The notes under the pieces: model-generated
The model's database searches: none
The model's input: the letters and a program-made list of their open reading frames with translations, nothing else
What the model was told of the DNA's origin: nothing
Source of the DNA: Cyanidioschyzon merolae
Taxonomy: Eukaryota
DNA: 64,000 nt
Reading direction: 5' to 3' (one strand)
Assembly (NCBI GenBank): GCA_000091205.1
Contig: AP006495.2
Program-made: the position numbers and the translations under genes
Shown: piece by piece, positions 42,560 to 51,991 of the stretch
How positions within the stretch are numbered: the first letter of the stretch is position 1
Layout: every line of letters begins with the position of its first letter

Positions 42560-44065
42560 TTATGCATCCTCCTCGTCACTGGTCACTAGCATTCGACGTC
42601 TGCTGCTCGACGCAGTCGCAGATACTCCGGATGCGGCGGGTGCTTGCGGTTCAGCGGATACGGCGGTCTCTGAGGACGGGCTCGCTGCCACATTGTCACC
42701 GGCACCAGCACGACTGCGCTGCTGGAGGTGGACTGCTGCGCCCGGGGCAGCGGCATCCAGCGGCGATGTGCCGGGGTGCTCGGAGGTCGACTCTGGCGTC
42801 TCGTGCTCGACCAGTGCCTCATCGGATGCGCTCTCCGCGGAGTTCATACTGTGGTCATCCTCGTGGTCATCGTCCAACATAGCCTCCAGCCGCTCCAGCT
42901 CAGCGTCTTCGTCACGAATCGTGCGTTGGCGAACCCCGAATCGACGATCATCCAACAACTCCATGGCAGAGTCGGCATCGGAAGCCTCTTCTCCGGAGTC
43001 ATCGTCCCGGGCGAGAGTCCCTGTCGAGCCCGTATGCCCTGCGTCGCGACGCTGTTCGCCAGCGAGCGGGTCCACGCCTAACTGTTGCGGTGCGAGCAAC
43101 TCATTCTGAGCGAGTCTCTGTCCTCGCCGACGACGTCGCGCTTCGATTCGTTGCTCGGCTTTTCGACGCTGATTCTCGAAATCAAGCAGCGTCTTCTCTT
43201 CGCTTTCTGGGGCCCGGTCGAGCGCTGCCACCTGCACGCGGCGGCTACGCCCCGTCTCTGCGAAAGATCTCGAGGCAAGGTCGCCCGCTCGAAGCTCCTT
43301 TTCGAGACCCGCTCCTAACTTTGCGGTCGACGGCACCCGAGCGCCTGCTAGTAGTTGTTGTACCACCGCCGGGTCAACGTTGGTTTTGAAATGGCCTTTG
43401 ATTTCGCCATTGTAGTTGACCATACGCTGCGGATCGCCGCAGATAACATGCTCGCGGCCTGGTATCCCCTGTTCTACAATCAGCTCGAGAGCTACCCGGT
43501 CGCCTATGTGCAGCGTACGGGACCCGTCGCTCCATTCGATGATGCGAGCGTTCGATTCCCACTCACCGGTAGTGGGATTCCGTCGCCAGCGGATCAAGGC
43601 GGGTTTCTTGGACCGGTTTCGCCACGGGCCAGCGGGTGCATCAGTACGAGAGTCTGTACGAGCATGGCTCTGGCTTTCCCTATTCTCCAGCGCTTCGATT
43701 CCAATAAACTTAAAAGGCAGCCGCAGCAGGTAATAGTCGGGGGTGTGGCGCCGGAGTCCACCTGCACCTGCCCCGCCTTGAACGGGAGCAGCTCCGCCGG
43801 GGCTCCCGGCCACGCAATGTTCAGCCCTGCTTTCAGCGGCCTCGTAGTCGGCGTCTTTAATCAAGTGAGCTTTTGGTTCAAGCGGTGTCCTGTTCGGAGC
43901 TCCGAAACCTCGCCCCGGTTCCCGGGCAGCCGTCTCGACCGCGAAGCGCGACTGGGCGCCCACGTCAACCGCATCCTCTACGGACTCGTCGCTGCTTGAG
44001 TCCCCGAAAATCTCCTGAAGATCACGGGACCACTTGGACTCGGTCATCGGTACACGAGTTCCCAA
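42560..44065 (-). CDS. LEO1: RNA polymerase II-associated Paf1-complex subunit Leo1
   Basis: Leo1 core PDYYLLRLPFKFIGIEALENR ... ESNARIIEWSDGSRTLHIGDRVALEL (compare [23 protein letters not shown]), with acidic/Ser-rich tails. The antisense ORF 42450-43109 is a mirror artefact. Confidence 0.75.
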   Translation of the reverse strand: MGTRVPMTESKWSRDLQEIFGDSSSDESVEDAVDVGAQSRFAVETAAREPGRGFGAPNRTPLEPKAHLIKDADYEAAESRAEHCVAGSPGGAAPVQGGAGAGGLRRHTPDYYLLRLPFKFIGIEALENRESQSHARTDSRTDAPAGPWRNRSKKPALIRWRRNPTTGEWESNARIIEWSDGSRTLHIGDRVALELIVEQGIPGREHVICGDPQRMVNYNGEIKGHFKTNVDPAVVQQLLAGARVPSTAKLGAGLEKELRAGDLASRSFAETGRSRRVQVAALDRAPESEEKTLLDFENQRRKAEQRIEARRRRRGQRLAQNELLAPQQLGVDPLAGEQRRDAGHTGSTGTLARDDDSGEEASDADSAMELLDDRRFGVRQRTIRDEDAELERLEAMLDDDHEDDHSMNSAESASDEALVEHETPESTSEHPGTSPLDAAAPGAAVHLQQRSRAGAGDNVAASPSSETAVSAEPQAPAASGVSATASSSRRRMLVTSDEEDA

Positions 44066-44664
44066 GTGACCAGGGTTGCCTTGTGAAGAAGGATAGCCGC
44101 TCGTAGAGCGCTCTCCGAACAGCGTTCGTTTACCAGCGTCTGTTCAATAGGGCTACAGCGGCGGCAGCGCGACAAGCTTCGCGCTCGACGGGCGTGAGCG
44201 GCAACACGCCTGTTCGCTCGCTCGATCACACCAGTGAGTTGTACTCTGCCGAAGCCTATATTCCAAGTCAGAGTCTTTATGATCTTCGTTTCTGGTTAAC
44301 GCGGACGACGCTCTGATTGCTCGTGTGTCTCCCGGGCGGTGCGTCCGGGTACGGCAGACACACCGCACCCCCGGTTCATACACTGAACCGAGAACGGGGC
44401 TGCTTCCCTGTGAAACGTCCTACTCCACCGTTTTCGATACGGAAACTCCGTATGGAACTAGAATGAGAATGTGCAGACGTCACGAAAAAAAATAGCGTCG
44501 AAAGGATTGCCCCTGAGGGTGCATCTCGGCAGCGAGGGTTCTGGTTGCAGCGCGTTTACGCGGAGCACGTCACGCATGTGTTGCTGAATACGCGCTACGA
44601 CCTGCTGCACAGCAGGTCGCTATACCAAGACTTTTCACTGGCGAATATGCTATAACCGCACGGG

Positions 44665-44665
<1 letters not shown>

Positions 44666-44710
<45 letters not shown>
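44666..44710. repeat. (AGC)15 microsatellite
   Basis: agcagcagc... x15, intergenic and downstream of PCCB. Confidence 0.9.
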
Positions 44711-44711
<1 letters not shown>

Positions 44712-45049
44712 GGCAATGCACATCACCGTTTCCGATGCTGTCAGACAAGCATCGGCTGCTCAGGAGCCTGTGTACGCACAGACGTGGAACTCTAGATGCA
44801 AAGCAACAATGCAACACCTGAGACGAACCGACAAGTCGCTTTGACACGAAAGGTCCAAGGAGAGCACCCAGACGCAAAGTTTCAGCTGCATCTGTGCTTC
44901 GCCGCGTGAGGCGAATGGGCGCCTCCCGCTCAGCAACCGATTCAATGATACTGATTGTACTCGTTTCGCGGAAGCAGTCCAGAAATGCAACAAGTAAGAA
45001 GTTGCATGCATTATGGCTGTACACGCGGCGTGCAAAGTGCACGATTCCT

Positions 45050-46864
45050 TTACAGGGGAATATTTCCATGTTTTTTCGGGGGCCATGGCTCCCGTAACGC
45101 CGCTGTCTCTTTGCTCGCTAGGAGGCTTAGCCCGTGTATGAGCCATCGACGCGTCAGTCTTGGTCGCACGACAGCATCGACGTAGCCACGCTGGAGTGCA
45201 ACCGAAACCGAGGATTCCTCGCTCGCTTCAGTGTCACCCGAAGTTTCGAGCGCATCCGTCGACGCAACTCGCCTGCGAAGGATCTGACTCGCTGCAGCCC
45301 TACCCATGACAGCGATATGGGCACAGGGCCAAGTTGCGTTCAGGTCGCCACGCAGGTGCTTGCTTGCCATGACACAGTACGCGCCACCGTATGCCTTACG
45401 CAAAATAATGGTCAGTTTCGGCACGGTTGCCTCCGTGTACGCATACAGCAACTTGGAGCCGTGTCGGATGATGCCGCCATGCTCTTGCTGCGTTCCGGGA
45501 AGGAAGCCTGGTACGTCAACCAGCGTCACGATCGGTATGCCGAATGCATCTGCAAAGCGCACAAACCGTGCTGCTTTGACGGCAGCGTCGGAATCGATTG
45601 CACCTGCTATGCACAGCGGTTGGTTGGCAATCAATGCCACACTGCGACCGTTCAGTCGAGCAAATGCAGTTAGCATGTTTGGAGCGAAATCGGTTTGAAT
45701 TTCTAGAAATTCTTCATCATCGACGAGGCGCATCAGAACATCCCGCATGTCGTATGGCGTATGCGCATCCGAGGGTACCAGTCGATCGAGCACGGGTTCT
45801 TCGCGGTCGCTGGGATCCTCGGTGACAACAACTTGGGGAGCGGGAACACGCGCATTCTGCGGCAGGTACGACAGCAGCTCACGGGCGAGTTGTATCACGG
45901 CAATATCGTCGTCGGCGTCTAAATGGGCAACGCCCGAGATACGACAGTGAACTGCGGCACCGCCAAGCGCCTCATCAGTTGTTTGTTCGCCTAGGGCAGC
46001 GTTCGTTACGCTGGGCCCCGTCACGAACATTCGTGCATGTCGTCTGCTCATGAGCACAAAGTCCGTGAGTGCTGGTGAGTACACTGCACCACCTGCACAC
46101 GGCCCGAGAATCAGGGAAAGCTGCGGGATGTATCCCGAAGCCAACACATTGCGTTTGAAGACCTCTGCGTAGCCTGCGAGCGAGCGCACCCCTTCCTGGA
46201 TGCGCGCTCCTCCGGAATCACAGAGAGCAACAACTGGCGCGCCGACCTCGATGGCCTTGTCGATGACCTTGCAGATCTTTGCGGCGTTGGCTTCGGAAAG
46301 AGAGCCACCAGCAACGGTGAAGTCCTGGCTGTAAACGAACACAGGTCGACCGTGAATCCGTCCAAAGCCCGACACAACGCCGTCGCCAGGAGTGCGATGT
46401 TTTCCAAGCGGATCCGAAGACGATGCATGGAGGGACTCTCTTGAACTGACCAGTCGATCAAGCTCTTGAAAAGAGCCACGATCCAGTAAAAGGTACAACC
46501 GCTCCCGAGCGGTTAGCTTTCCCTGGGCGTGCTGGCGGCGCACTCGAGCCCGGCCGCCTCCGCAAAGAGCGAACACTTCTTCCTGGTACGTCCGCTCGCC
46601 AACACCCAAGACAGACGCAAGTCCGCTCGCTACTATCTGGTCCGTGGCACCGGCTTCCGTCGAGGCAGAGTCCAGGTCCCTGTTCGTGGTTACGGAGCCG
46701 TTTACTGAACCACCCGTTCCAACGTCGTGCGGGTGTTCAGCGAAAGCGCCCCCGCCACCTGTACTGGACCTGGAGCACGCAGTGGACAGCCAAACGCGGA
46801 ACCGCTGTCGTACGGTTCTCCATGTGACGCTCTGCAGTCGCTGTGGCCAGGAGGTGTCTCGCAT
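45050..46864 (-). CDS. PCCB: Propionyl-CoA carboxylase beta chain / carboxyltransferase (PCCB-type) with an Arg-rich N-terminal presequence
   Basis: ALCGGGRARVRRQHAQGKLTARERLYLLLDRGSFQELD matches the PCCB N-region, and carboxyltransferase domains follow to the stop at 45050. The proposed start is M at 46864 (MRDTSWPQRLQSVTWRTVRQRFRVW). The listed ORF continues upstream in frame into the Fanzor sequence. Confidence 0.8.
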   Translation of the reverse strand: MRDTSWPQRLQSVTWRTVRQRFRVWLSTACSRSSTGGGGAFAEHPHDVGTGGSVNGSVTTNRDLDSASTEAGATDQIVASGLASVLGVGERTYQEEVFALCGGGRARVRRQHAQGKLTARERLYLLLDRGSFQELDRLVSSRESLHASSSDPLGKHRTPGDGVVSGFGRIHGRPVFVYSQDFTVAGGSLSEANAAKICKVIDKAIEVGAPVVALCDSGGARIQEGVRSLAGYAEVFKRNVLASGYIPQLSLILGPCAGGAVYSPALTDFVLMSRRHARMFVTGPSVTNAALGEQTTDEALGGAAVHCRISGVAHLDADDDIAVIQLARELLSYLPQNARVPAPQVVVTEDPSDREEPVLDRLVPSDAHTPYDMRDVLMRLVDDEEFLEIQTDFAPNMLTAFARLNGRSVALIANQPLCIAGAIDSDAAVKAARFVRFADAFGIPIVTLVDVPGFLPGTQQEHGGIIRHGSKLLYAYTEATVPKLTIILRKAYGGAYCVMASKHLRGDLNATWPCAHIAVMGRAAASQILRRRVASTDALETSGDTEASEESSVSVALQRGYVDAVVRPRLTRRWLIHGLSLLASKETAALREPWPPKKHGNIPL

Positions 46865-46962
46865 GGCGCACACCGCTGAACGCCGTTCTAAAGTAGAACG
46901 TCGTCGGCGGTGTACAGTAGTAGCGACCGGTGCGCCTTGGACAACAAGTCGCCTACTGACGT

Positions 46963-48913
46963 GCAGACGCTTCCTAGGCTTTTTCGACCGGCCGCCTACT
47001 ACTGCTTCCAATTGTGTCTCATATAGTAAAACCTTAAGAGGTTGTCCAACAAAATTCTCTCGTGTCATCTCTGGAGGTCTGTTCTCCAACACCGCACATC
47101 TCCTTATATTGATGGCGGTAATAAAATCTCGGTTCACAAAATCCATCCGTTTCGTGCCGTTGGGAGTTGTACTTACTAATGCAAGCAGTCCACGAACTTT
47201 CGCTCTCCTTTCCATTTGCTCTTCCGTCAGCTGTCTATACTTTGCTATATCCTCAGGGCTCCTCTGGCACTTTTCCATCTCGACTCTCTGAAGTGTTAAC
47301 CCCTGTTCATGGTGTGTATACGATGTTCGAAACTCATCTACAGGTATCGTAACGAAACGCCTTGCACACTCCTTGTACATTCTTGTCGTTGGAGCTGGTG
47401 TAGTGCCTTTCTTGGGCACCCATCGTCCTGCTCCGTCCGCTACGACGAGCCTCTGACTTTCCTCCTCCTTCAGGGCGCTCAACTCATTCAAAAAATTCGC
47501 GAACGCCCGCTGCCTCCCACCGTATAGATTCATTCGCAGACGAGCCCACCGGGGCTTGGTATACTCCTCCCATAGCGCATCCCAGTGCGCCATGCGAACT
47601 TCCATGAATTTCCGGACAGCTTCAAAGTCCGCTCCTCGGCTCGTCACCTTACTCAAAGCTTCCAGGTGCTCTTTCATTCCTGGATTCCAAGTCTCGATTT
47701 TCTTCCTCGCATTCATGATTCCCGATTCTCGATAGTATATTGCTCTCGAGAACTTCAAAAGACGCATGTCTTTCTGACGCATGCCGCCGTCAGTGCCATC
47801 TTCCAAACGCTTGGGTACTGCGATGGTGATGATATTTGTGTTTCCGAGGTCCGCGCCAACGACAAAGTCGTTATCATGCACTTTCTGCGCGGCAGGATCC
47901 CCCTCCTTCTCATCTTTATGCATCGCCGCGCCAACGACAAAGTCGTTAGCTTGCACCTCCTGCACCACAGGATCCGCTTCCTTCCCATCTTCATCCTTCA
48001 TCACGTCAACGACAAGGTCGTTATCCTGCACCTCCTGCATCACAGCATCCGCCTCCTTCTTTTCTTCATGCTTCGTCACGGGCGCAGCCGAGGGCGGAAC
48101 TGGACGATCTTTCTTCAACCGCCGACAGAGTACACACGTGGCTACTCCATCGGTTTCGATCAACCCAGTGAATACCTTCTTCGTGCTCACTTTGAGACGT
48201 TTGAAATCGAAGCTGCTCATCCAGTACGTCTCCCGGTTTCCGCCGGTGAAGTCCTCCCTGCTTACATCGAACTCCGGACAGATATCCCTCATGATGCCGT
48301 AAAGGACGCCGGAGTCGATAGTCACAAAATGTGACTTGATCTTGCACATTGGAACCACGTTGAATCGCTTCCGCATTAGGACAGCCTTCCGTCTCTCCCA
48401 CTCTTCCTTTGTCTCTTCACTCAGCTTCATCTCCGCTTTGCGTTCGAGCTCTCGGTCCAGAAACACAAAATAGCGCAGGACGAGGCGATCGTATCTTTCC
48501 CTATCTTTTTTCAGCTCTGATATCTTGTCTGTTGGATTCGCCAGGCCCAGTATCGCACGATGCTCTTTAATAACCGCACGGATTACGGAATCCTCATTCA
48601 TGCTCTCGTTTGAAACCTTCTTCTCGACAAATTTGATCTCATCTTCATGCTTGCGATCTTTCATGATGCCATTGATAATCGCCCATTTTCCATTACGAGA
48701 GATGCCCGGGTATAGCGCAAACACTGCGCATATCATGAAACGTTCCAGGTTCATTGTAAAATGGTTCTTCACATTCGTGAGGTACTTCTTCGCCCCGAAG
48801 GTGTAAATATCCCAGTCAACCTTGTTTAGAGTACCCTCGAATCTGTAAAAGGGATGTTTTTCGTGGAGGGCGTGCACTCGCTCATCACTCGTCGAACATT
48901 TTTCCTGTGCCAT
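46963..48913 (-). CDS. Fanzor1-like (eukaryotic TnpB/OMEGA-type) RuvC nuclease, main ORF (aa about 1-650 of the 1287-aa read-through ORF)
   Basis: Has RuvC-I ([19 protein letters not shown], compare GIDLG) and a TnpB-like segment [16 protein letters not shown] (compare VDPAYTSQTCSVCG, Cys ligands lost). RuvC-III is [18 protein letters not shown] (compare DRDVNAAINI). At the canonical RuvC-II position the sequence reads LVVADG (E replaced by A). Confidence 0.7.
47857..48055 (-). repeat. Three in-frame tandem repeats of about 69 bp inside the Fanzor ORF, immediately N-terminal to RuvC-I
   Basis: [53 protein letters not shown] and [18 protein letters not shown]. Also visible as repeats on the plus strand at 47781-48302. 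Confidence 0.7.
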
Positions 48914-49166
48914 GCATGAAGTGGCGGTTGAATGTCTTGTTGAAAAATTCTCCCGGAACCTCGACTGTTTTGATGCCCATCACGTTGTCGTACATCTCCC
49001 ACGCCAAATGCATTATTCCTGAAGAAGCCTTTGTTATACTCATGGAGTAGCACGCGCCACGTTTTCTGATGGCCTCCCATGACTTTTGCTTGGAGGGATC
49101 CTTGAATTGGCGTAGAACAAATGCTTTCGCCACCATTTCTTCGTACTGTTGTCTTTCAAGTTGCAT
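48885..49166 (-). CDS. Probable N-terminal segment (about 90 aa) of the Fanzor protein, separated from the main ORF by a 1-nt frame shift in an A5 run
   Basis: The ORF MQLERQQYEEMVAKAFVLRQF... ends [11 protein letters not shown] overlapping the main ATG (ggaaaaatg). Removing one A gives a continuous ...[14 protein letters not shown]... Its N-terminus is conserved in the mini-ORF of copy B. Confidence 0.45.
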   Translation of the reverse strand: MQLERQQYEEMVAKAFVLRQFKDPSKQKSWEAIRKRGACYSMSITKASSGIMHLAWEMYDNVMGIKTVEVPGEFFNKTFNRHFMHGTGKMFDE

Positions 49167-50149
49167 TTAGCGTCTGATTTCCAGTCTAAGGTCCCCCGTC
49201 TTTTCATGATTCTCTTGGCTTGGCGCTGTTTTTCTGGAAGCCGGCGACACTGGGCCTCCAGCATCGTCGACTTGCTTTGACATAACTTTTTTATTTTGTT
49301 CTGAAAAAGAACGCACTTTGAACGCCTCTCTTATAAAGTGCGAAAAAACACTCGAATACACTCACTTGAGCGTTGAAACCCCATTGAAATGAAAGACTGT
49401 CATATTGTGCGACTTCAGCACAGATCCAACCAGCACGTGAGACCCACACGTCAACGTATGGTCAGCATAGCGTTTCCATTCAACGCCGTGATACGCATTG
49501 TGTCGTGCATGCCAGATACGGAGCTGCGCGTATCGACCGCGCCATATAGAACAAACAACAGAAACTCACGACTACATACCAGTAAGATAACGATTTTTAC
49601 CCCCCCTCTGCAATGGACGTTAAAAGGGGGAGATGTTTCTATCATGTCGAATGTTTACCTCCTCGGCGGAAGGCCCCGCGAGCCCGACGAGTTTACCAGG
49701 CTCGTGCTTCATGCTCCCCCAGTGGCAGTTGCTATAATGAGACCCGAGCAACTCGTCCGCAATGTAATTTGTTCTTGGACTTGGATCGAGTAGCCTGCGT
49801 CTGGGCGTCGCGTTTGTCGTACTGGATTCCTCATATATCGCTTCACGCTTTTTGCAGGCAATTCCTTTGTCTCCACAAATTGCAGTCTCCCAGCATGATA
49901 ATGAATCCCGAACTCATGTCATTCGTAGCGTTCCTCGATCCGTCGCCCCCCCGTCGTATGGGAAATCCGTTCTTTCTCCATGATGCATCTGCACCAACGG
50001 TATAGCTGTTATTGCTGGTGCTCACGGCAGATAGTCGGCACACGATACAACGCACGAAACGACCAGTATATCCGAGAGGATATATAAGTAATGGAACTTG
50101 AAAGTAGGTTGCAGCAGCATTATGGACGCTTTCCCGAAAACTAATCCCC

Positions 50150-50278
50150 ATCCATCCATGCATCTATCTATCTACCTATCTATCTGTCTATCCATGCATG
50201 CATCTACCTATCTATCTGTCTATCCATGCATGCATCTATCTATCTATCTATCTATCTATCTGTCTATCTGTCCATCTG
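50150..50278. repeat. Compound (TCTA)n-based microsatellite with about 3 higher-order units of 32-36 bp (ccatgcatgcatctacctatctatctgtctat)
   Basis: Read directly at 50150-50278. A GC-only run (gccgccgccaccgccgcctccgccgccggcg) follows at about 50400-50440. Confidence 0.85.
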
Positions 50279-50539
50279 GAATCCATGGTCAATGTAAACG
50301 TCTTGGAATTGAAAAAAACAACACCAGCGGCGTCGTCGCTGCACGAATTCGCTGCCGTGACGCCGTCCAGCTGGCGACCTTTGTTTGCCGATCTTCTGCG
50401 GCCGCCGCCACCGCCGCCTCCGCCGCCGGCGACGACGAAGTGACGCGCCGCGGACCCGCAGCCGCCCGCGAGCCTCGTCGCCCGCACATTGCCGTGTCGT
50501 TTCGGCAAGTAGTGCGATATTCTTATTGTGCAGTAACGG

Positions 50540-51991
50540 ATGCCGCCGCGTGAAACGAACGATCATCAAGCAGCACTGGAGTCAGCGAACGCTCATTATC
50601 CTGTCCAAGCGCATTGCGTCCAAGATATGGAAGAAGAAGAACACGATCCTAGTTTGACTTACAAAGAGGGCGTTCCGGGCCCGACCTTGTCGTTTATCTG
50701 GGGCTTGAAAGTACCGCCGGGGCGCGCTGTCGAGCACAGAGTCGAGGACGGCGAGTACGTCGTGATCTCGTCGGCCTCGCTCGGTATCAAGAAACCCAAG
50801 GGGAAACGATCTGTTTTAGTGATGGAAGACCTAGACGTGCCGAAGCGCGGTTTTTCGGACGATGAGGACTCTAGCGCGGATAGCGACGAAGTGGCTTCGG
50901 AATCTGAATCAAGTAGCGGATCGGATTCTGGATCTGGTAGTTCTGAAGCAGATGAAGCCATGGTGAACGGTATCGATGAAGACGCATCAGATTCAGAGGA
51001 TGATGAGGGCGATTCGCAGGAGTCTAGCCCCGAGAGCTCGGCCACTGGTACCGGTTCCGAAGAGTCTGCCGACGAAGCGCTCGTCTCCTCCGAGGACGAG
51101 AGCGCCTCGGAAGTATCCGATGATGAAGATGATTCTTTTCCCGACACACCAGTGATACGTAGCATCCCGGTGTGCGTGCTCCTTCCAGGAAAAGTGGAGA
51201 GCCAGTCGCTCAACCTAGAGATTGTTGGACCACGTGTACTTCATTTTCGCACGTATGGCAAGGATACCATCTACATCTCTGGACACACCGAAATCGAGAT
51301 AGACGAATATGACTCGGAAACCGATGCTGAATACGATGACGATGTGGAAATGAGCTACGAAGGTTCCGAGAGCGATGACGGGATTGCAGAGTATTCGGCA
51401 TCCGGGTCGAGCTCGGCATCGGACGATGAGCCTCTGCCGTCACCGCCGCTCTCTGGGCACAGGAGAAGCGTCCGAATTACTGAAATTATGGAGAGTGAGC
51501 AAGCTGATCGAGTGAAACATGCGGACGCGGATCGCACAGCACATCGTACCAGAGCACGATCAGGAGCGACTGCCGCAGCAACTGATGCTGGGGCGTTGAC
51601 AAGCGGTGGCGCTCAAACGTCAACACGCAAAGCCGAACAGAAGAATCGCAAAGAAGGCGCATCATCGGCTGGCGACGCGAAAACAGGGCTGTCTTCGTCT
51701 GCAGCGGACGGGACGAGCAAACGGGGCACAACTCCTCGCAGCGAATCCTCTACAGACCAGAGCCATGCAGGCACCAAGCACGTGCGTTTTCCAGAAACTT
51801 TGGAGCCAGAGGAGCGCGGGAAGAAGCGGAGCGCATCGGAGCGGAGTAGCAACCCAGCAGCAGCTGCGGCTGCTTCGAGCGTTGCCGCTGCAAATGCCCT
51901 GTCTGGTAGCGTCTCCTGTTCCACGTGCGGCAAATCGTTCAAAATGGCAAGTGCTCTTGAGCAACATATGAAAGCGAAACATGCTGCGTAG
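50540..51991 (+). CDS. Acidic nucleoplasmin-like / histone-chaperone-like protein with a C-terminal C2H2 zinc finger
   Basis: N-terminal block LSFIWGLKVPPGRAVEHRVEDGEYVVISSASLG resembles the nucleoplasmin/FKBP-N fold. Long D/E/S-rich tracts follow, and the C-terminus has CSTCGKSFKMASALEQHMKAKH. The start may be M30 (50627). Confidence 0.45.
   Translation: MPPRETNDHQAALESANAHYPVQAHCVQDMEEEEHDPSLTYKEGVPGPTLSFIWGLKVPPGRAVEHRVEDGEYVVISSASLGIKKPKGKRSVLVMEDLDVPKRGFSDDEDSSADSDEVASESESSSGSDSGSGSSEADEAMVNGIDEDASDSEDDEGDSQESSPESSATGTGSEESADEALVSSEDESASEVSDDEDDSFPDTPVIRSIPVCVLLPGKVESQSLNLEIVGPRVLHFRTYGKDTIYISGHTEIEIDEYDSETDAEYDDDVEMSYEGSESDDGIAEYSASGSSSASDDEPLPSPPLSGHRRSVRITEIMESEQADRVKHADADRTAHRTRARSGATAAATDAGALTSGGAQTSTRKAEQKNRKEGASSAGDAKTGLSSSAADGTSKRGTTPRSESSTDQSHAGTKHVRFPETLEPEERGKKRSASERSSNPAAAAAASSVAAANALSGSVSCSTCGKSFKMASALEQHMKAKHAA

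Larger units (their letters stand above)
46870..49560 (-). mobile_element. Near-full-length Fanzor-family element (copy D): 5' non-coding region, then a Fanzor ORF of about 735 aa (one frameshift); the 3' part abuts PCCB
   Basis: Coding homology with copies A, B, C and G. The region 49200-49500 (minus) is homologous to the 5' segments of copies A, B and C. The 3' boundary is uncertain (diverged from the derivative copies after ggcggccggtcgaaaaa). Confidence 0.55.

Noticed and set aside
42450-43109. Long plus-strand ORFs antisense to real genes (42450-43109 opposite Leo1; 164-652 opposite MTHFS; 46644-47291 and 47781-48302 opposite Fanzor; 13167-13655, 17571-17987 and 25006-25275 opposite the Fanzor fragments)
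   Set aside because: Mirror ORFs are expected in GC-rich, low-stop sequence. They show no conserved motifs of their own, and their apparent similarities to each other (for example RLVLIAVFKSRFTSSLR versus RLLLIAAFPSRLTNSLR) are just the reverse reading of the conserved RuvC-III nucleotides.
45050-48913. 1287-aa ORF as a single Fanzor-carboxylase fusion protein
   Set aside because: The N-terminal 650 aa are a repeated mobile-element gene present in other copies without PCCB. The C-terminal 600 aa are a complete housekeeping PCCB with its own plausible start and presequence. The continuity is most simply an absence of a stop between adjacent features. It is reported as a finding about the junction, not as one gene.
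13020-49560. Endogenous giant-virus (NCLDV) insertion, because Fanzor genes and mRNA-capping methyltransferases both occur in giant viruses
   Set aside because: No other viral hallmark genes (capsid, packaging ATPase, polB, D5 primase) were seen anywhere in the window. The units are short, repeated and intercalated between host genes, which fits a transposon family better. A distant viral origin of the methyltransferase-like ORF remains possible and is left as an open check in the findings.
50150-50278. Possible CRISPR-like repeat-spacer array at the TCTA repeat or the 86-bp duplication (30295-30441)
   Set aside because: These are simple or compound microsatellites and a two-copy tandem duplication, with no unique spacers, in a eukaryotic context. 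The TnpB-like genes here are of the Fanzor kind and not CRISPR-associated.
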